Assembly (NCBI GenBank): GCA_015064855.1
Contig: SVRK01000005.1
Location: 33,747 to 97,746 of the forward strand
DNA: 64,000 nucleotides
Source: Oscillospiraceae bacterium
GTDB taxonomy: Bacteria > Bacillota > Clostridia > Oscillospirales > CAG-272
Reading direction: 5' to 3'
The position numbers were made by a program, and so were the translations under genes. Of this stretch, positions 28,077-37,114 are shown piece after piece (position 1 is the first letter of the stretch; each line of letters starts with the position of its first letter). The notes beneath the pieces were generated by a model. It was not told the origin of the DNA, ran no database searches, and saw only the letters and a list, made by a program, of their open reading frames with translations.

Positions 28077-29426
28077 ATGTTTAAAAATCAATATCTTAAC
28101 GAGCTCATGGAAAGAGTTATCAAAAGAAACCAAAACGAGCCTGAGTTCCATCAAACAGTAGAAGAGGTTCTTGCATCAATCGAACCAGTTGTTGAAGCGC
28201 GTCCTGAGTACATAACAAGCGGCGTTCTTGAAAGAATGGTTGAGCCTGAAAGAATTATCAAGTTCAGAGTTCCGTGGGTTGATGACAATGGCAAGGTTCA
28301 AGTTAACCGTGGCTTCAGAATCCAATTCAACAGTGCAATCGGTCCATACAAGGGCGGACTTCGTTTCCACCCATCCGTATATGAAGGAATTATCAAGTTC
28401 CTCGGCTTTGAGCAAACATTTAAGAACAGCTTGACATCACTCCCAATGGGCGGTGGTAAGGGTGGCTCTGACTTTGACCCACAAGGCAAGAGCGATGCAG
28501 AGGTTATGCGCTTCTGCCAAAGCTTTATGACAGAGCTTTATAGACACATTGGAGCAGATCTTGACGTTCCGGCAGGCGATATCGGTGTTGGCGCAAGAGA
28601 GGTTGGCTATATGTTCGGTCAATACAAAAGACTTAAGAACGAATTTACAGGCGTTTTGACAGGTAAGGGTATCTCATATGGCGGTTCACTTATTCGTCCT
28701 GAGGCTACCGGCTTCGGTGCTGTTTACTACACAGAAAATATGCTAAGCTACTTCAAGGATTCAATAAAGGGTAAGACATTTGCAATTTCAGGCTTCGGTA
28801 ACGTTGCTTGGGGCGCAGTAAAGAAGGTTACAGAGCTTGGTGGTAAGGTTGTTACTATCTCCGGTCCTGACGGCTATATCTACGATGAGGATGGCATTTC
28901 AACAGAAGAAAAGATTAACTTTATGCTTGAAATGCGTGCTTCCTGCCGTAACAAGGTTCAAGACTATGCTGATAAGTTTGGTGTTCCATTCTTTGCAGGT
29001 CAAAAGCCATGGGGCGTAAAGGCAGATATTTTAATGCCTTGTGCTACTCAAAACGAGGTTGGCATGAAAGAGGCTGAGGCTATCGTTGCCAACGGTGTTA
29101 AGTACTACGTTGAGGTTTCAAATATGCCTACAACAAACGAGGCGGTTGCTTACTTGAAGGCTAATGGCGTTATAGTTGCTCCTTCAAAGGCGGTTAATGC
29201 TGGTGGTGTTGCTGTTTCAGGTCTTGAAATGTCACAAAACTCAATGCGTTACAGCTGGACAGCTGAAGAGGTTGACGAAAAGCTTAAGGGCATTATGAAG
29301 AATATCTTTAATAACTCAATCAAAGCGGCTAACCAATATGGACTTGGCGATGACCTCGTTGCAGGTGCTAACATTGCAGGCTTTATTAAGGTTGCAGATG
29401 CTATGCTTGCACAAGGTGTGGTATAA
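28077..29426 (+). CDS. gdhA: NADP-specific glutamate dehydrogenase
   Basis: 449-aa ORF with KGGLRFHPSV and GGGKGGSDFDP motifs. Confidence 0.95.
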   Translation: MFKNQYLNELMERVIKRNQNEPEFHQTVEEVLASIEPVVEARPEYITSGVLERMVEPERIIKFRVPWVDDNGKVQVNRGFRIQFNSAIGPYKGGLRFHPSVYEGIIKFLGFEQTFKNSLTSLPMGGGKGGSDFDPQGKSDAEVMRFCQSFMTELYRHIGADLDVPAGDIGVGAREVGYMFGQYKRLKNEFTGVLTGKGISYGGSLIRPEATGFGAVYYTENMLSYFKDSIKGKTFAISGFGNVAWGAVKKVTELGGKVVTISGPDGYIYDEDGISTEEKINFMLEMRASCRNKVQDYADKFGVPFFAGQKPWGVKADILMPCATQNEVGMKEAEAIVANGVKYYVEVSNMPTTNEAVAYLKANGVIVAPSKAVNAGGVAVSGLEMSQNSMRYSWTAEEVDEKLKGIMKNIFNNSIKAANQYGLGDDLVAGANIAGFIKVADAMLAQGVV

Positions 29427-29443
29427 TAAAATGATATAAAAAG

Positions 29444-29469
29444 GAGATGCGTTATGCATCTCTTTTTTT
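29444..29469 (+). terminator. intrinsic terminator of gdhA
   Basis: Stem GAGATGC / GCATCTC, loop GTTAT, then TTTTTTT. Confidence 0.75.
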
Positions 29470-29553
29470 GCCTTTAAAAGACAAAAAATAGTATAATAAC
29501 AAATAATTTACAAATAATTTATTAATATATAACAAAAAAGTTATATAACTATA

Positions 29554-29582
29554 TTGATTTTTGTGCAAGATTAGTGTATAAT
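29554..29582 (+). promoter_or_regulatory. candidate sigma-A promoter of the 29622 lipoprotein gene
   Basis: TTGATT (29554-29559), 17-nt spacer, TATAAT (29577-29582). Confidence 0.45.
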
Positions 29583-29621
29583 ATATGCAGCGAAATATGT
29601 ATTTTTTATAGGAGGTAAATA

Positions 29622-31385
29622 ATGAAAAAGAAAATTTTCGCATTATTGCTCGCTGTATTAATGCTTGTTCCTTTCATTGTTGCTTGTGGTGGTGGACGCG
29701 ACACAAACACTGAAACAGAAACGAACACTCAAACAAATACAGAGACAGAAACGGAAACAGAAACCAATACTGAAACGGAAACAGAAACAAACACTGAAAC
29801 TGAAACCGAAACAGAAACGGAAACAGAAACCAATACTGAAACAGAAACGGAAACAGAAACAGAAACAGAAACAGAAACGGAAACAGAAACAGAAACAGAA
29901 ACAGAAACTGAAGTGGATACCAGTACAGACACAGGTAACACACCAGTTGAAAAGGTTAGCACAAAGGAAAACCCATCAACTAAGTGGAGTGGTAAAACAC
30001 TTGACGTTTTGGCTGCTCGTTGGTATGGTGTTCCTTCAAAAGAAGAAGCAGGTACTTGGTCACAACCTGAGTTTTATGTAAAGGGTTATTTACAAACCGA
30101 AAAGTATGGTCAAAAGGTAAATGATGCTGTATGGGCAAGACAAGAGCTTATCCAAAGCATGTATGGCGTTACACTTAAATGGCACGATGGAAAGAACGAC
30201 GGCGTTCTTCAAAATGAGCTTCAAAGTGGTCTTGAGGCAGGATATGCGAAATATCACATAGCTCTTCCACGTATGTTTGAGGTACACTCACTCCTTTCTG
30301 TTGATTCAGTATACGACCTTGCTAACAGCAAATATATTGACTTAACACAATCATACTACAATCAAGCGTCTGTTGAATCATTCACAGTATATGGACACAC
30401 CTTCTTTACAGCAGGTGGCTCCAGTATTGTCGACGATACAACTTCAACATTGATTTTCTACAATCAAGCTATTTCAGAGAGCAACAAGATGTTCCCTAAC
30501 CTTTACAAGAAGGTTGACAATTATGAATGGACAATTGCTGAGCTTGCTAAATGGGCAAAAACCGTTGGTAAGGATGACGATGGCGTAAATGGTTACCAAG
30601 ATACCGATACATATGGCTTTGGTACAACATCATTCTCAAGCTTCTTCCAAACAAGTGGCTTCCAACAGGTTTCAACTAAGCTTATTCCTGGAACAAACTA
30701 TAAACAATACTATATTTCTTTAAATGACGATCCTGAAGGCATAGGACAATTAATTACAGAGCTTTCTAATATTAAGGCTTCAACTTGGGCAAGAACATCT
30801 TGGGATGGCGGCTATGGAAAGATGGAAGATTCATTCTTGAATGGTAAGCTTCTTTTCTATCATGAGGTTATCGAGAAGATGGATCACTTTGCACAAAAGG
30901 GACAAAATGATAACTTTAAGGTTGGTGTTCTTCCAATGCCAATGCTTAACGAGGATCAAGGAAAGTACTACACACCTCTTTGCTCACAAACAACATTGAT
31001 GTGTATTCCTAAGGCAACAACCGATAAGGAAATGTCCGAATATTTCTACGATGTTCTTTCATGGACAGGTGAGGAATATGTTGTAAAGGCATATTACGAT
31101 ACACTTGAGCTCAAGCTTTACGACGATGGTAAGACATCTCGTGAGGATGCATTAAGAATGCTCACAGATCATATCTTCCCAGGCATGTGCTACGACCAAG
31201 GTTATATGTACGGCGCTATGGGTGGTGACTTTATGACTGAGTCAGTTCAAATTGCAGTTCTTGACAATTCAGCTGCTGCATCAACGTTTACAGAGTACTA
31301 TGGTCAAGCATATGTAGCTGCAAACAAGATTTTGAACGATCCAAAGACCGGTTGGAACACAATAGCAAAGAATTACAAAGACTAA
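29622..31385 (+). CDS. lipoprotein, probable extracellular solute-binding protein (sugar ABC type) with a long Thr/Glu/Asn repeat linker
   Basis: 587-aa ORF. Lipobox LVPFIVACGG, about 70 residues of TETETN repeats, then a large globular domain resembling large family-1-type SBPs. No permease or ATPase genes are adjacent. Confidence 0.5.
   Translation: MKKKIFALLLAVLMLVPFIVACGGGRDTNTETETNTQTNTETETETETNTETETETNTETETETETETETNTETETETETETETETETETETETETEVDTSTDTGNTPVEKVSTKENPSTKWSGKTLDVLAARWYGVPSKEEAGTWSQPEFYVKGYLQTEKYGQKVNDAVWARQELIQSMYGVTLKWHDGKNDGVLQNELQSGLEAGYAKYHIALPRMFEVHSLLSVDSVYDLANSKYIDLTQSYYNQASVESFTVYGHTFFTAGGSSIVDDTTSTLIFYNQAISESNKMFPNLYKKVDNYEWTIAELAKWAKTVGKDDDGVNGYQDTDTYGFGTTSFSSFFQTSGFQQVSTKLIPGTNYKQYYISLNDDPEGIGQLITELSNIKASTWARTSWDGGYGKMEDSFLNGKLLFYHEVIEKMDHFAQKGQNDNFKVGVLPMPMLNEDQGKYYTPLCSQTTLMCIPKATTDKEMSEYFYDVLSWTGEEYVVKAYYDTLELKLYDDGKTSREDALRMLTDHIFPGMCYDQGYMYGAMGGDFMTESVQIAVLDNSAAASTFTEYYGQAYVAANKILNDPKTGWNTIAKNYKD
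29700..29911 (+). repeat. coding hexanucleotide tandem repeat (GAAACN ACN)n encoding (TE)n/TETN
   Basis: Run of gaaaca/gaaacg/gaaacc/aatact units. All six frames are open, which produces spurious overlapping ORFs. Confidence 0.9.
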
Positions 31386-31392
31386 TTTAAAA

Positions 31393-31425
31393 AGAGTGTT
31401 GCATTGCAACACTCTTTACTTTTTA
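31393..31425 (+). terminator. intrinsic terminator after the lipoprotein gene
   Basis: Stem AGAGTGTTGC / GCAACACTCT, loop ATT, T-rich tail. Confidence 0.7.
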
Positions 31426-31514
31426 TATTTAAATAAAATGATACTTTATTTATTGAAATAATCTATATTATATGATAAAATATATATGATAATAAAACAT
31501 TTAAAGAGGTAAAA

Positions 31515-33698
31515 ATGGCAATTACTGTAAACGAAGGTAAAATATTTACTATCAATACAAAAAATACTATGTATCAAATGTATGTAAATGAAGAAGGGGT
31601 TCTTTTTCATTCATATTATGGTGCGAAGATAGGATATTCCGATCTTTCCTATTTATCATATAAAAGGAACTGGATTGCGGCATTTTCCCCAAACCCAAGG
31701 GGGAAAGACTATTCTCACAATCAAACTAAGGATGAGCTTTCCGTCTTTGGCAATGGTGATTTTAGGTTAACGGCACTTTCCCTTGTTAATCACGATGGCA
31801 CAACCGCTTGTGAGCCTGTGTATTATAGCCACCAGATATTAAATGGAAAATATTCATTAGAAGGGCTTCCTGCCTTTTATGGTGACGAGGGCGAAACATT
31901 GGTTATCACCTTAAAGGATAAAGCGTATGATATCTATTTCCATATGTATTATGGTGTTTTCTCTGAATATGATTTAATAACAAAGGCGCTAGTTATAGAG
32001 AATAAAACAGATAAGCAAATAAAGCTTAACAAGGCGCTTTCCTTGACCTTGGATTTGTCAAAGGGCACATATGATATAATACATTTTCATGGAGCACACG
32101 CACGTGAAAGAATGTATGAAAGAACAAGGATAACTCATCTTAAATCAACAGTTTCAAGTAATCGAGGAGCATCAAGCCATCTTCAAAATCCTTTTGTTAT
32201 TGTTTGCGATAAGGATGCAAATGAGGAGCACGGAAACGCGTATGGTGTAGGACTTGTTTATAGTGGAAACTTTGTAATTTCTGCCGAGCGTGACCAATAT
32301 GATCTAACAAGAGTTGTTGCGGGAATCAACCCCGAGGGCTTTGAATTTACAATCGAGCCAAATGATAGCTTCACAACCCCCGAGGTTGCATTGGTTTACA
32401 GTAATGAGGGCTTTGGAAAGCTTTCAAATTGTTATCACAAGGCGGTAAGAAACAACCTTTGCCGTGGGAAATTCAAGAATGCCAGACGTCCGGTGCTTAT
32501 AAATAACTGGGAGGGCACTTATTTTGATTTCAACGCAGACAAGCTCGTTAATATGGCAAGAGATGCATCAAAAATAGGTGTTGAGCTTTTTGTTATGGAC
32601 GATGGCTGGTTTGGCCATAGAGATGACGATTTTACCTCTCTTGGTGATTGGTTTGTTAATGAAGAAAAGCTACAAGGTACACTTGAAAATCTTGTCAAAA
32701 GAATAAATGCTGAAGGGCTTGATTTTGGTATTTGGTTTGAGCCGGAATGTATATCCGAGGATAGCGTATTGTATCGTGAGCATCCTGATTATTGCTTTAA
32801 AATTCCAAATCGTGACCCTCAAATGTCTAGAAATCAGCTCGTTCTCGATATGTCAAGAAAGGAAGTACGCGATAATATATATAATCAAATGGTGAAGGTA
32901 TTAAACAGCGCGAATATAACCTACGTTAAGTGGGATTTCAACAGAAACCTTTGCGATTTATATAGCGTAGAGCTTCCAAGGGAGCGACAAGGTGAAATAT
33001 ATCATAGATATATGCTAGGCGTTTATGAGCTACTTGAAAGAATTACATCTTCATTCCCCGACATATTGTTTGAGAGCTGCTCTGGCGGTGGCGGACGCTT
33101 TGACCTTGGAATGCTTTACTATATGCCACAGGTTTGGACTAGTGATAATAGTGACGCAATAGATAGACTAAAAATTCAATATGGTACGTCGTTCGCATAT
33201 CCGGTAAGAACTATGGGCGCACACGTTTCAGTTTGTCCGAATCACGGTAATGCAAGAGTTACACCTCTAAGTACAAGAGGAAATGTTGCTTATTTCGGTA
33301 CATATGGTCTTGAGCTTGATATTACTAAAATGACGGAAGAAGAAAAAGAAGAGGTCAAACGTCAAATAGTTGAGTTCAAACAATATTATGACCTAATTCA
33401 ATATGGTGATTATTATAGACTTTTATCCCCGTATACACCAGATGAAAGCCGTTACTGTGCTTGGGAAGTGGTCAAGGAGGATAAAAGTGAAGCACTTGTT
33501 TGCACAGTTGCGTACGAGGCAAAGTGCACAGTGCCACCGGAAACATTAAAGGTTAGAGGATTAGACCCGGATAAATTTTACAGAATCAATGGTTCTAGCG
33601 AAGCTTATCTTGGCGGAGCATTAATGAACGGAGGATTTTGGCTCGATTACGACCACGTATCTTACGCTTCGAGGCTTTATCATATAACACAAATATAA
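31515..33698 (+). CDS. alpha-galactosidase, glycoside hydrolase family 36
   Basis: 727-aa ORF with GH36 motifs (DDGWFG, KWDFNR, CSGGGGRFD). Confidence 0.92.
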   Translation: MAITVNEGKIFTINTKNTMYQMYVNEEGVLFHSYYGAKIGYSDLSYLSYKRNWIAAFSPNPRGKDYSHNQTKDELSVFGNGDFRLTALSLVNHDGTTACEPVYYSHQILNGKYSLEGLPAFYGDEGETLVITLKDKAYDIYFHMYYGVFSEYDLITKALVIENKTDKQIKLNKALSLTLDLSKGTYDIIHFHGAHARERMYERTRITHLKSTVSSNRGASSHLQNPFVIVCDKDANEEHGNAYGVGLVYSGNFVISAERDQYDLTRVVAGINPEGFEFTIEPNDSFTTPEVALVYSNEGFGKLSNCYHKAVRNNLCRGKFKNARRPVLINNWEGTYFDFNADKLVNMARDASKIGVELFVMDDGWFGHRDDDFTSLGDWFVNEEKLQGTLENLVKRINAEGLDFGIWFEPECISEDSVLYREHPDYCFKIPNRDPQMSRNQLVLDMSRKEVRDNIYNQMVKVLNSANITYVKWDFNRNLCDLYSVELPRERQGEIYHRYMLGVYELLERITSSFPDILFESCSGGGGRFDLGMLYYMPQVWTSDNSDAIDRLKIQYGTSFAYPVRTMGAHVSVCPNHGNARVTPLSTRGNVAYFGTYGLELDITKMTEEEKEEVKRQIVEFKQYYDLIQYGDYYRLLSPYTPDESRYCAWEVVKEDKSEALVCTVAYEAKCTVPPETLKVRGLDPDKFYRINGSSEAYLGGALMNGGFWLDYDHVSYASRLYHITQI

Positions 33699-33722
33699 AA
33701 AAGACGCCTTTGGCGTCTTTCA
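33697..33722 (+). terminator. intrinsic terminator of the alpha-galactosidase gene
   Basis: Stem AAGACGCC / GGCGTCTT, loop TTT. Confidence 0.65.
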
Positions 33723-33821
33723 CTTATGTTGTATGTGCAAGAAGTATGACAAGACTTTTTGGAACTTATATTTTAGGCATAACTAATTTATACTATACTT
33801 AATAAACATAGGCGGTGGGTA

Positions 33822-34049
33822 ATGCAAGAATACGGAACTATTAGAATAAAGCTTAAAGAATTATTAGATAAGCGAGGCTTAAGCAAAAACAAATTAAGCC
33901 ACAAGGCAGAAATGCAACGCACTCAAATAAACAACTATTGTAATAATAAGATTACAAGACTTGACACAGATGTTTTAGCGAGAATATGCACTGCGCTTGA
34001 GTGTGAACTTTCAGATCTTTTAGAGTTCGTTCCACTTAATAAAAAATAA
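33822..34049 (+). CDS. small XRE/Cro-C1-type HTH transcriptional regulator (YozG/COG3655-like)
   Basis: 75-aa ORF. HTH (LSKNKLSHKAEMQRTQINNYCNNK) and a C-terminal LECELSDLLEF motif typical of the family. Confidence 0.75.
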   Translation: MQEYGTIRIKLKELLDKRGLSKNKLSHKAEMQRTQINNYCNNKITRLDTDVLARICTALECELSDLLEFVPLNKK

Positions 34050-34075
34050 AAGAGTGTTGAAAAACACTCTTTTTA
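34047..34075. terminator. bidirectional terminator between the XRE gene and hprK
   Basis: A-run, stem AGAGTGTT / AACACTCT, then a T-run. Confidence 0.7.
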
Positions 34076-34080
34076 ATATT

Positions 34081-35040
34081 TTAGTTGTTCATATACATTT
34101 GTTCGAGTCTTTTGTTAAATTCCTCTGCGGTGTTGTAACCCATACGCTTCATACGCGAGTTCATAGCAGCAATTTCAAGAACAACTGATAGGTTTCGTCC
34201 CGGGCTAACAGGAATGGTGATAGAAGGAATTTCAATTCCTAAAATTGAAACCGTTTCGTTGTCAAGTCCCATTCTATCATACGCCTTTCCGTCAATCCAA
34301 CGCTCTAGATTAATGACAAGCTGAATTTTTTCAGTTTCCTTAACCGCGCCCATACCGAAAATACGGCGCACGTCGATTAGACCTATACCACGCAGCTCGG
34401 AATAGTGCTTTATAACAGCGGGAGCGCGTCCTACAAGCGTTTTTTCAGATACCTTGCTTATTTCTACAGCATCGTCGGCAATTAGACGGTGACCTCTTTT
34501 GATAAGCTCAATAGCGGTTTCACTTTTACCGATACCGCTTTCGCCTAGGATAAGCACACCCTCACCATAAACCTCAACCAATACGCCGTGGCGAGTAATA
34601 GTCGGAGCTAATTCAACGTTTAAGGTAGAGATAATATTAGAAACAAAGCTATTGGTTGAAATTTTTGTATTGAGAAGAGGAATTGAGAATTCCTTTGCTA
34701 ACTCAAGCATCTCAGGAAAAGGCTCAATATCTCTTGCTAAAACGATACAAACAGGACGTTTTTCCATAAAAGCGCGGATTCTTTCGTATCGCGTTTGAGG
34801 GTCAAGCTTTTGGAGGTAAATTGATTCAACAAGTCCGATAATTTGCAATCTTAGAGGGTCAAAATAGTCAAAAAAGCCTGTCAGAGGCAAGCCCGGACGG
34901 TGTATTTCTGCACGCGTTAGTACAATTTTGTCAATGTTATCAGGTGCATATATAGTTGTAAGGTTGAAATCCTTTATGATTTTAGTCAATAAAACAGTTC
35001 TTTTAGTTGTTGCTATATTGTTATCCATAATATCCTCCAA
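34081..35040 (-). CDS. hprK: HPr kinase/phosphorylase
   Basis: 319-aa ORF. P-loop GESGIGKSE, and the GVLVEVYG and LRGIGLIDV motifs. Confidence 0.95.
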   Translation of the reverse strand: MEDIMDNNIATTKRTVLLTKIIKDFNLTTIYAPDNIDKIVLTRAEIHRPGLPLTGFFDYFDPLRLQIIGLVESIYLQKLDPQTRYERIRAFMEKRPVCIVLARDIEPFPEMLELAKEFSIPLLNTKISTNSFVSNIISTLNVELAPTITRHGVLVEVYGEGVLILGESGIGKSETAIELIKRGHRLIADDAVEISKVSEKTLVGRAPAVIKHYSELRGIGLIDVRRIFGMGAVKETEKIQLVINLERWIDGKAYDRMGLDNETVSILGIEIPSITIPVSPGRNLSVVLEIAAMNSRMKRMGYNTAEEFNKRLEQMYMNN

Positions 35041-35102
35041 GAATATGATAAAATAATTTTATCATACAGTAGAAGAAAATTCAAGTGAAGGAGTCAAATA
35101 TC

Positions 35103-35915
35103 ATGAAAATAATAAAAAACGATACACAAAACAAGCTTTTAAAGCGCGTATATGGACATTCGTTATTCCAAAATGTAGATAAGTCCATTTCAGCATCGTC
35201 TGAAGTCCTTATGAATAAAGAATTTATAAATGCCACAAAAATTTCTCTTGTAAGAGCAAGCGACTCGGATGAAATAAAAATCACTCTTAATGAAAACGGC
35301 AGAGAAGGGATAAAGATTGTAAAATCTATGTTCAAAAGAAATGAAGAGGAATTTAAAAATGATAGCTCTATTTTAGCATCGTATCAAGAGGCGATTTCTA
35401 AAAAGCAAACAAAAGAAATCAAAAGCGAGGATTTTCTTTTAGATATAAAGGCTCGTTTGAAAAACAATGTCAGATATGCATATAAAAGATTTTGCGTTGA
35501 TTCAAATAATAATAAAAGACACAATGTTTATATTTATCATCTATATACTGTGATGATTGCAAGCTTGGCTGTTTTAAATGAAATAGATTTCAAGCCCTGT
35601 GTTCATATTAATTTCAATAGTGGGAGCTCGCTCCTTTTAACTATTGAAATGAAGGCTGGTGAAAAACAAAGAGAAATAAATCTTTCGAGCAGTGCAGAGG
35701 CGAAGATTCTTTATTTAAGAACCTTGTGTGAACAAGGCAATATGGACTATACCTTTGAAATTATAAATGACAGAGTAGTATTAAAATATGTTATTTTTGA
35801 AGCTGAAAGGGTGGGTGAAAAAGTCTTTTCTACACCTTGCGAAGAGGACGAATTCTTTGAAAGATATTTGAATTTATTTAACGGTAAAGAAATAGACATA
35901 GAAGAGGAAGAATAA
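35103..35915 (+). CDS. hypothetical protein (no recognised family)
   Basis: The ORF spans 35085-35915. The likely start is ATG 35103, 9 nt after GAAGGAG. Acidic C-terminus. It overlaps the convergent gene 35878-36369 by 38 nt. Confidence 0.5.
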   Translation: MKIIKNDTQNKLLKRVYGHSLFQNVDKSISASSEVLMNKEFINATKISLVRASDSDEIKITLNENGREGIKIVKSMFKRNEEEFKNDSSILASYQEAISKKQTKEIKSEDFLLDIKARLKNNVRYAYKRFCVDSNNNKRHNVYIYHLYTVMIASLAVLNEIDFKPCVHINFNSGSSLLLTIEMKAGEKQREINLSSSAEAKILYLRTLCEQGNMDYTFEIINDRVVLKYVIFEAERVGEKVFSTPCEEDEFFERYLNLFNGKEIDIEEEE

Positions 35916-36369
35916 GCTCGCTTGATTCCTCACCACCGTCACCGAATAATAAAAGCACCAAGGAAAGAAGTAACAAATCATCACTGGTTATATTTTTAAG
36001 AAATTTATTGACAAATGGCTTAAATTCCTCAAAAACACTGTTACTTTTGCTCGACTCTTGATCTTTTTTGCTTTGAATATCATATTCGCTCAACTCTTCG
36101 CTAGAGTCACTGTAATCGTCGCTTTGATTATAGGTGCTTTCGTAGCTTTCATCCTCTATTTCGTACACGTTGTCGGGGATTTCTTCAATTTGAGAGGGCG
36201 CACTTAATGCATCTAAGCTCGCTTGAAACGTGGGTGAAATTGATGTTTTGCTTGGAGTATAAACTGTACTTGGTCTGTGCGTTTTCATTCCTGTTTCGGG
36301 AGGAGGCGCGCTGAACCTACTACCACTATAATTTTGCGGTATTTCTATACCTCTGTACTTGGTAAACAT
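35878..36369 (-). CDS. hypothetical low-complexity protein with a Pro/Ser-rich N-half, an acidic middle and a hydrophobic Leu-rich C-terminus
   Basis: 163-aa ORF, last gene of a tightly spaced three-gene minus-strand unit. Confidence 0.5.
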   Translation of the reverse strand: MFTKYRGIEIPQNYSGSRFSAPPPETGMKTHRPSTVYTPSKTSISPTFQASLDALSAPSQIEEIPDNVYEIEDESYESTYNQSDDYSDSSEELSEYDIQSKKDQESSKSNSVFEEFKPFVNKFLKNITSDDLLLLSLVLLLFGDGGEESSELILPLLCLFLYR

Positions 36370-36379
36370 ATAGCTAACC

Positions 36380-36814
36380 TCACTTTGCTAAATTCATTAT
36401 ACTTGCAATCTTTGATATTCTGACAACGTTGTCAATAATTTCCTTTCTCTCCTTATTTAAATAGGGCTTTAAAGCAAGTAAAAAATCGGAGTTTTTAGAA
36501 ATGCTGTTTGCAAAAGTATTAAGAAATGATAACTGATTTTTGTCGTACAAATTTTCTTTGTTATCATTTTTTTCAAGGAGAGTATCTGAATTTCGACTAA
36601 AATCTTCGTGTTTTTCTTTCATGGGAGCTATATTTTCACTCTCTGAGTCAATGCTTTTGGTATTTGATTGTGTACCTGAAATTAAAGAAATTACGCTTGA
36701 TAATGTCTTTTCCATATCCCCCGAGCCACTATTCACAGTTGTTGATATTTTCTCTATAAGCTCGGGATTTGAGGTGATTCCCGCTAGAATTTTTTCAAGA
36801 GAATTATCGCTCAT
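36380..36814 (-). CDS. hypothetical protein
   Basis: 144-aa ORF that overlaps the upstream gene by 11 nt. It has a conserved-looking C-terminus (LLALKPYLNKERKEIIDNVVRISKI). Confidence 0.5.
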   Translation of the reverse strand: MSDNSLEKILAGITSNPELIEKISTTVNSGSGDMEKTLSSVISLISGTQSNTKSIDSESENIAPMKEKHEDFSRNSDTLLEKNDNKENLYDKNQLSFLNTFANSISKNSDFLLALKPYLNKERKEIIDNVVRISKIASIMNLAK

Positions 36815-37028
36815 TTTTCTTTCCTCTTTTCATCATATCTACTGCCTTTTGTATGTCCTCCTCACTTAACATTGATAATGCTTGGCGCACCTTTGACATG
36901 TCAGTTGGACGCTCCATATTTGAAAACTCCTGTTGCCCGCTTTTTTTTGCAACGTACTGTATGGTTTTCCAAAGCTGCTCGTCGTTCATATTTAATACTC
37001 TTTCAATGGTGTTTTTGTCAATTTTCAT
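36804..37028 (-). CDS. hypothetical small protein
   Basis: 74-aa ORF with an AAGGAG SD, first gene of the three-gene unit. Confidence 0.5.
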   Translation of the reverse strand: MKIDKNTIERVLNMNDEQLWKTIQYVAKKSGQQEFSNMERPTDMSKVRQALSMLSEEDIQKAVDMMKRGKKNER

Positions 37029-37049
37029 ATAAAACTCCTTTTCAATTTC

Positions 37050-37078
37050 TTTACATTAGTGTAATAATATGGTATGAT
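37050..37078 (+). promoter_or_regulatory. candidate sigma-A promoter of the phosphoesterase gene
   Basis: TTTACA (37050-37055), 17-nt spacer, TATGAT (37073-37078), preceded by TGG. Confidence 0.45.
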
Positions 37079-37114
37079 TAAATAAAAATCCGGTTACTTA
37101 ACGAAAGGAATAAA

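Noticed and set aside
29700-29911. Possible CRISPR array (regular short repeats here, at 48982-49058 and in the LRR genes)
   Set aside because: The repeats are contiguous micro- or minisatellites or coding tandem repeats with no unique spacers of 25-40 nt. There are no cas genes in the window.
29665-30081. Overlapping ORFs 29665-30081 (+), 29674-29943 (-) and 29729-29962 (-) in the TE-repeat region
   Set aside because: They are artefacts of the hexanucleotide repeat, which is open in all frames. The lipoprotein frame has the lipobox, an SD and a long non-repetitive continuation.
37068-37076. Sigma-K/sigma-E-like -10 (CATACCATA on the minus strand) for the three-gene unit
   Set aside because: It coincides with the -10/extended -10 of the divergent sigma-A promoter, so the match may be a by-product. 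It is mentioned only as a weak hint in the relevant finding and is not annotated as a feature.
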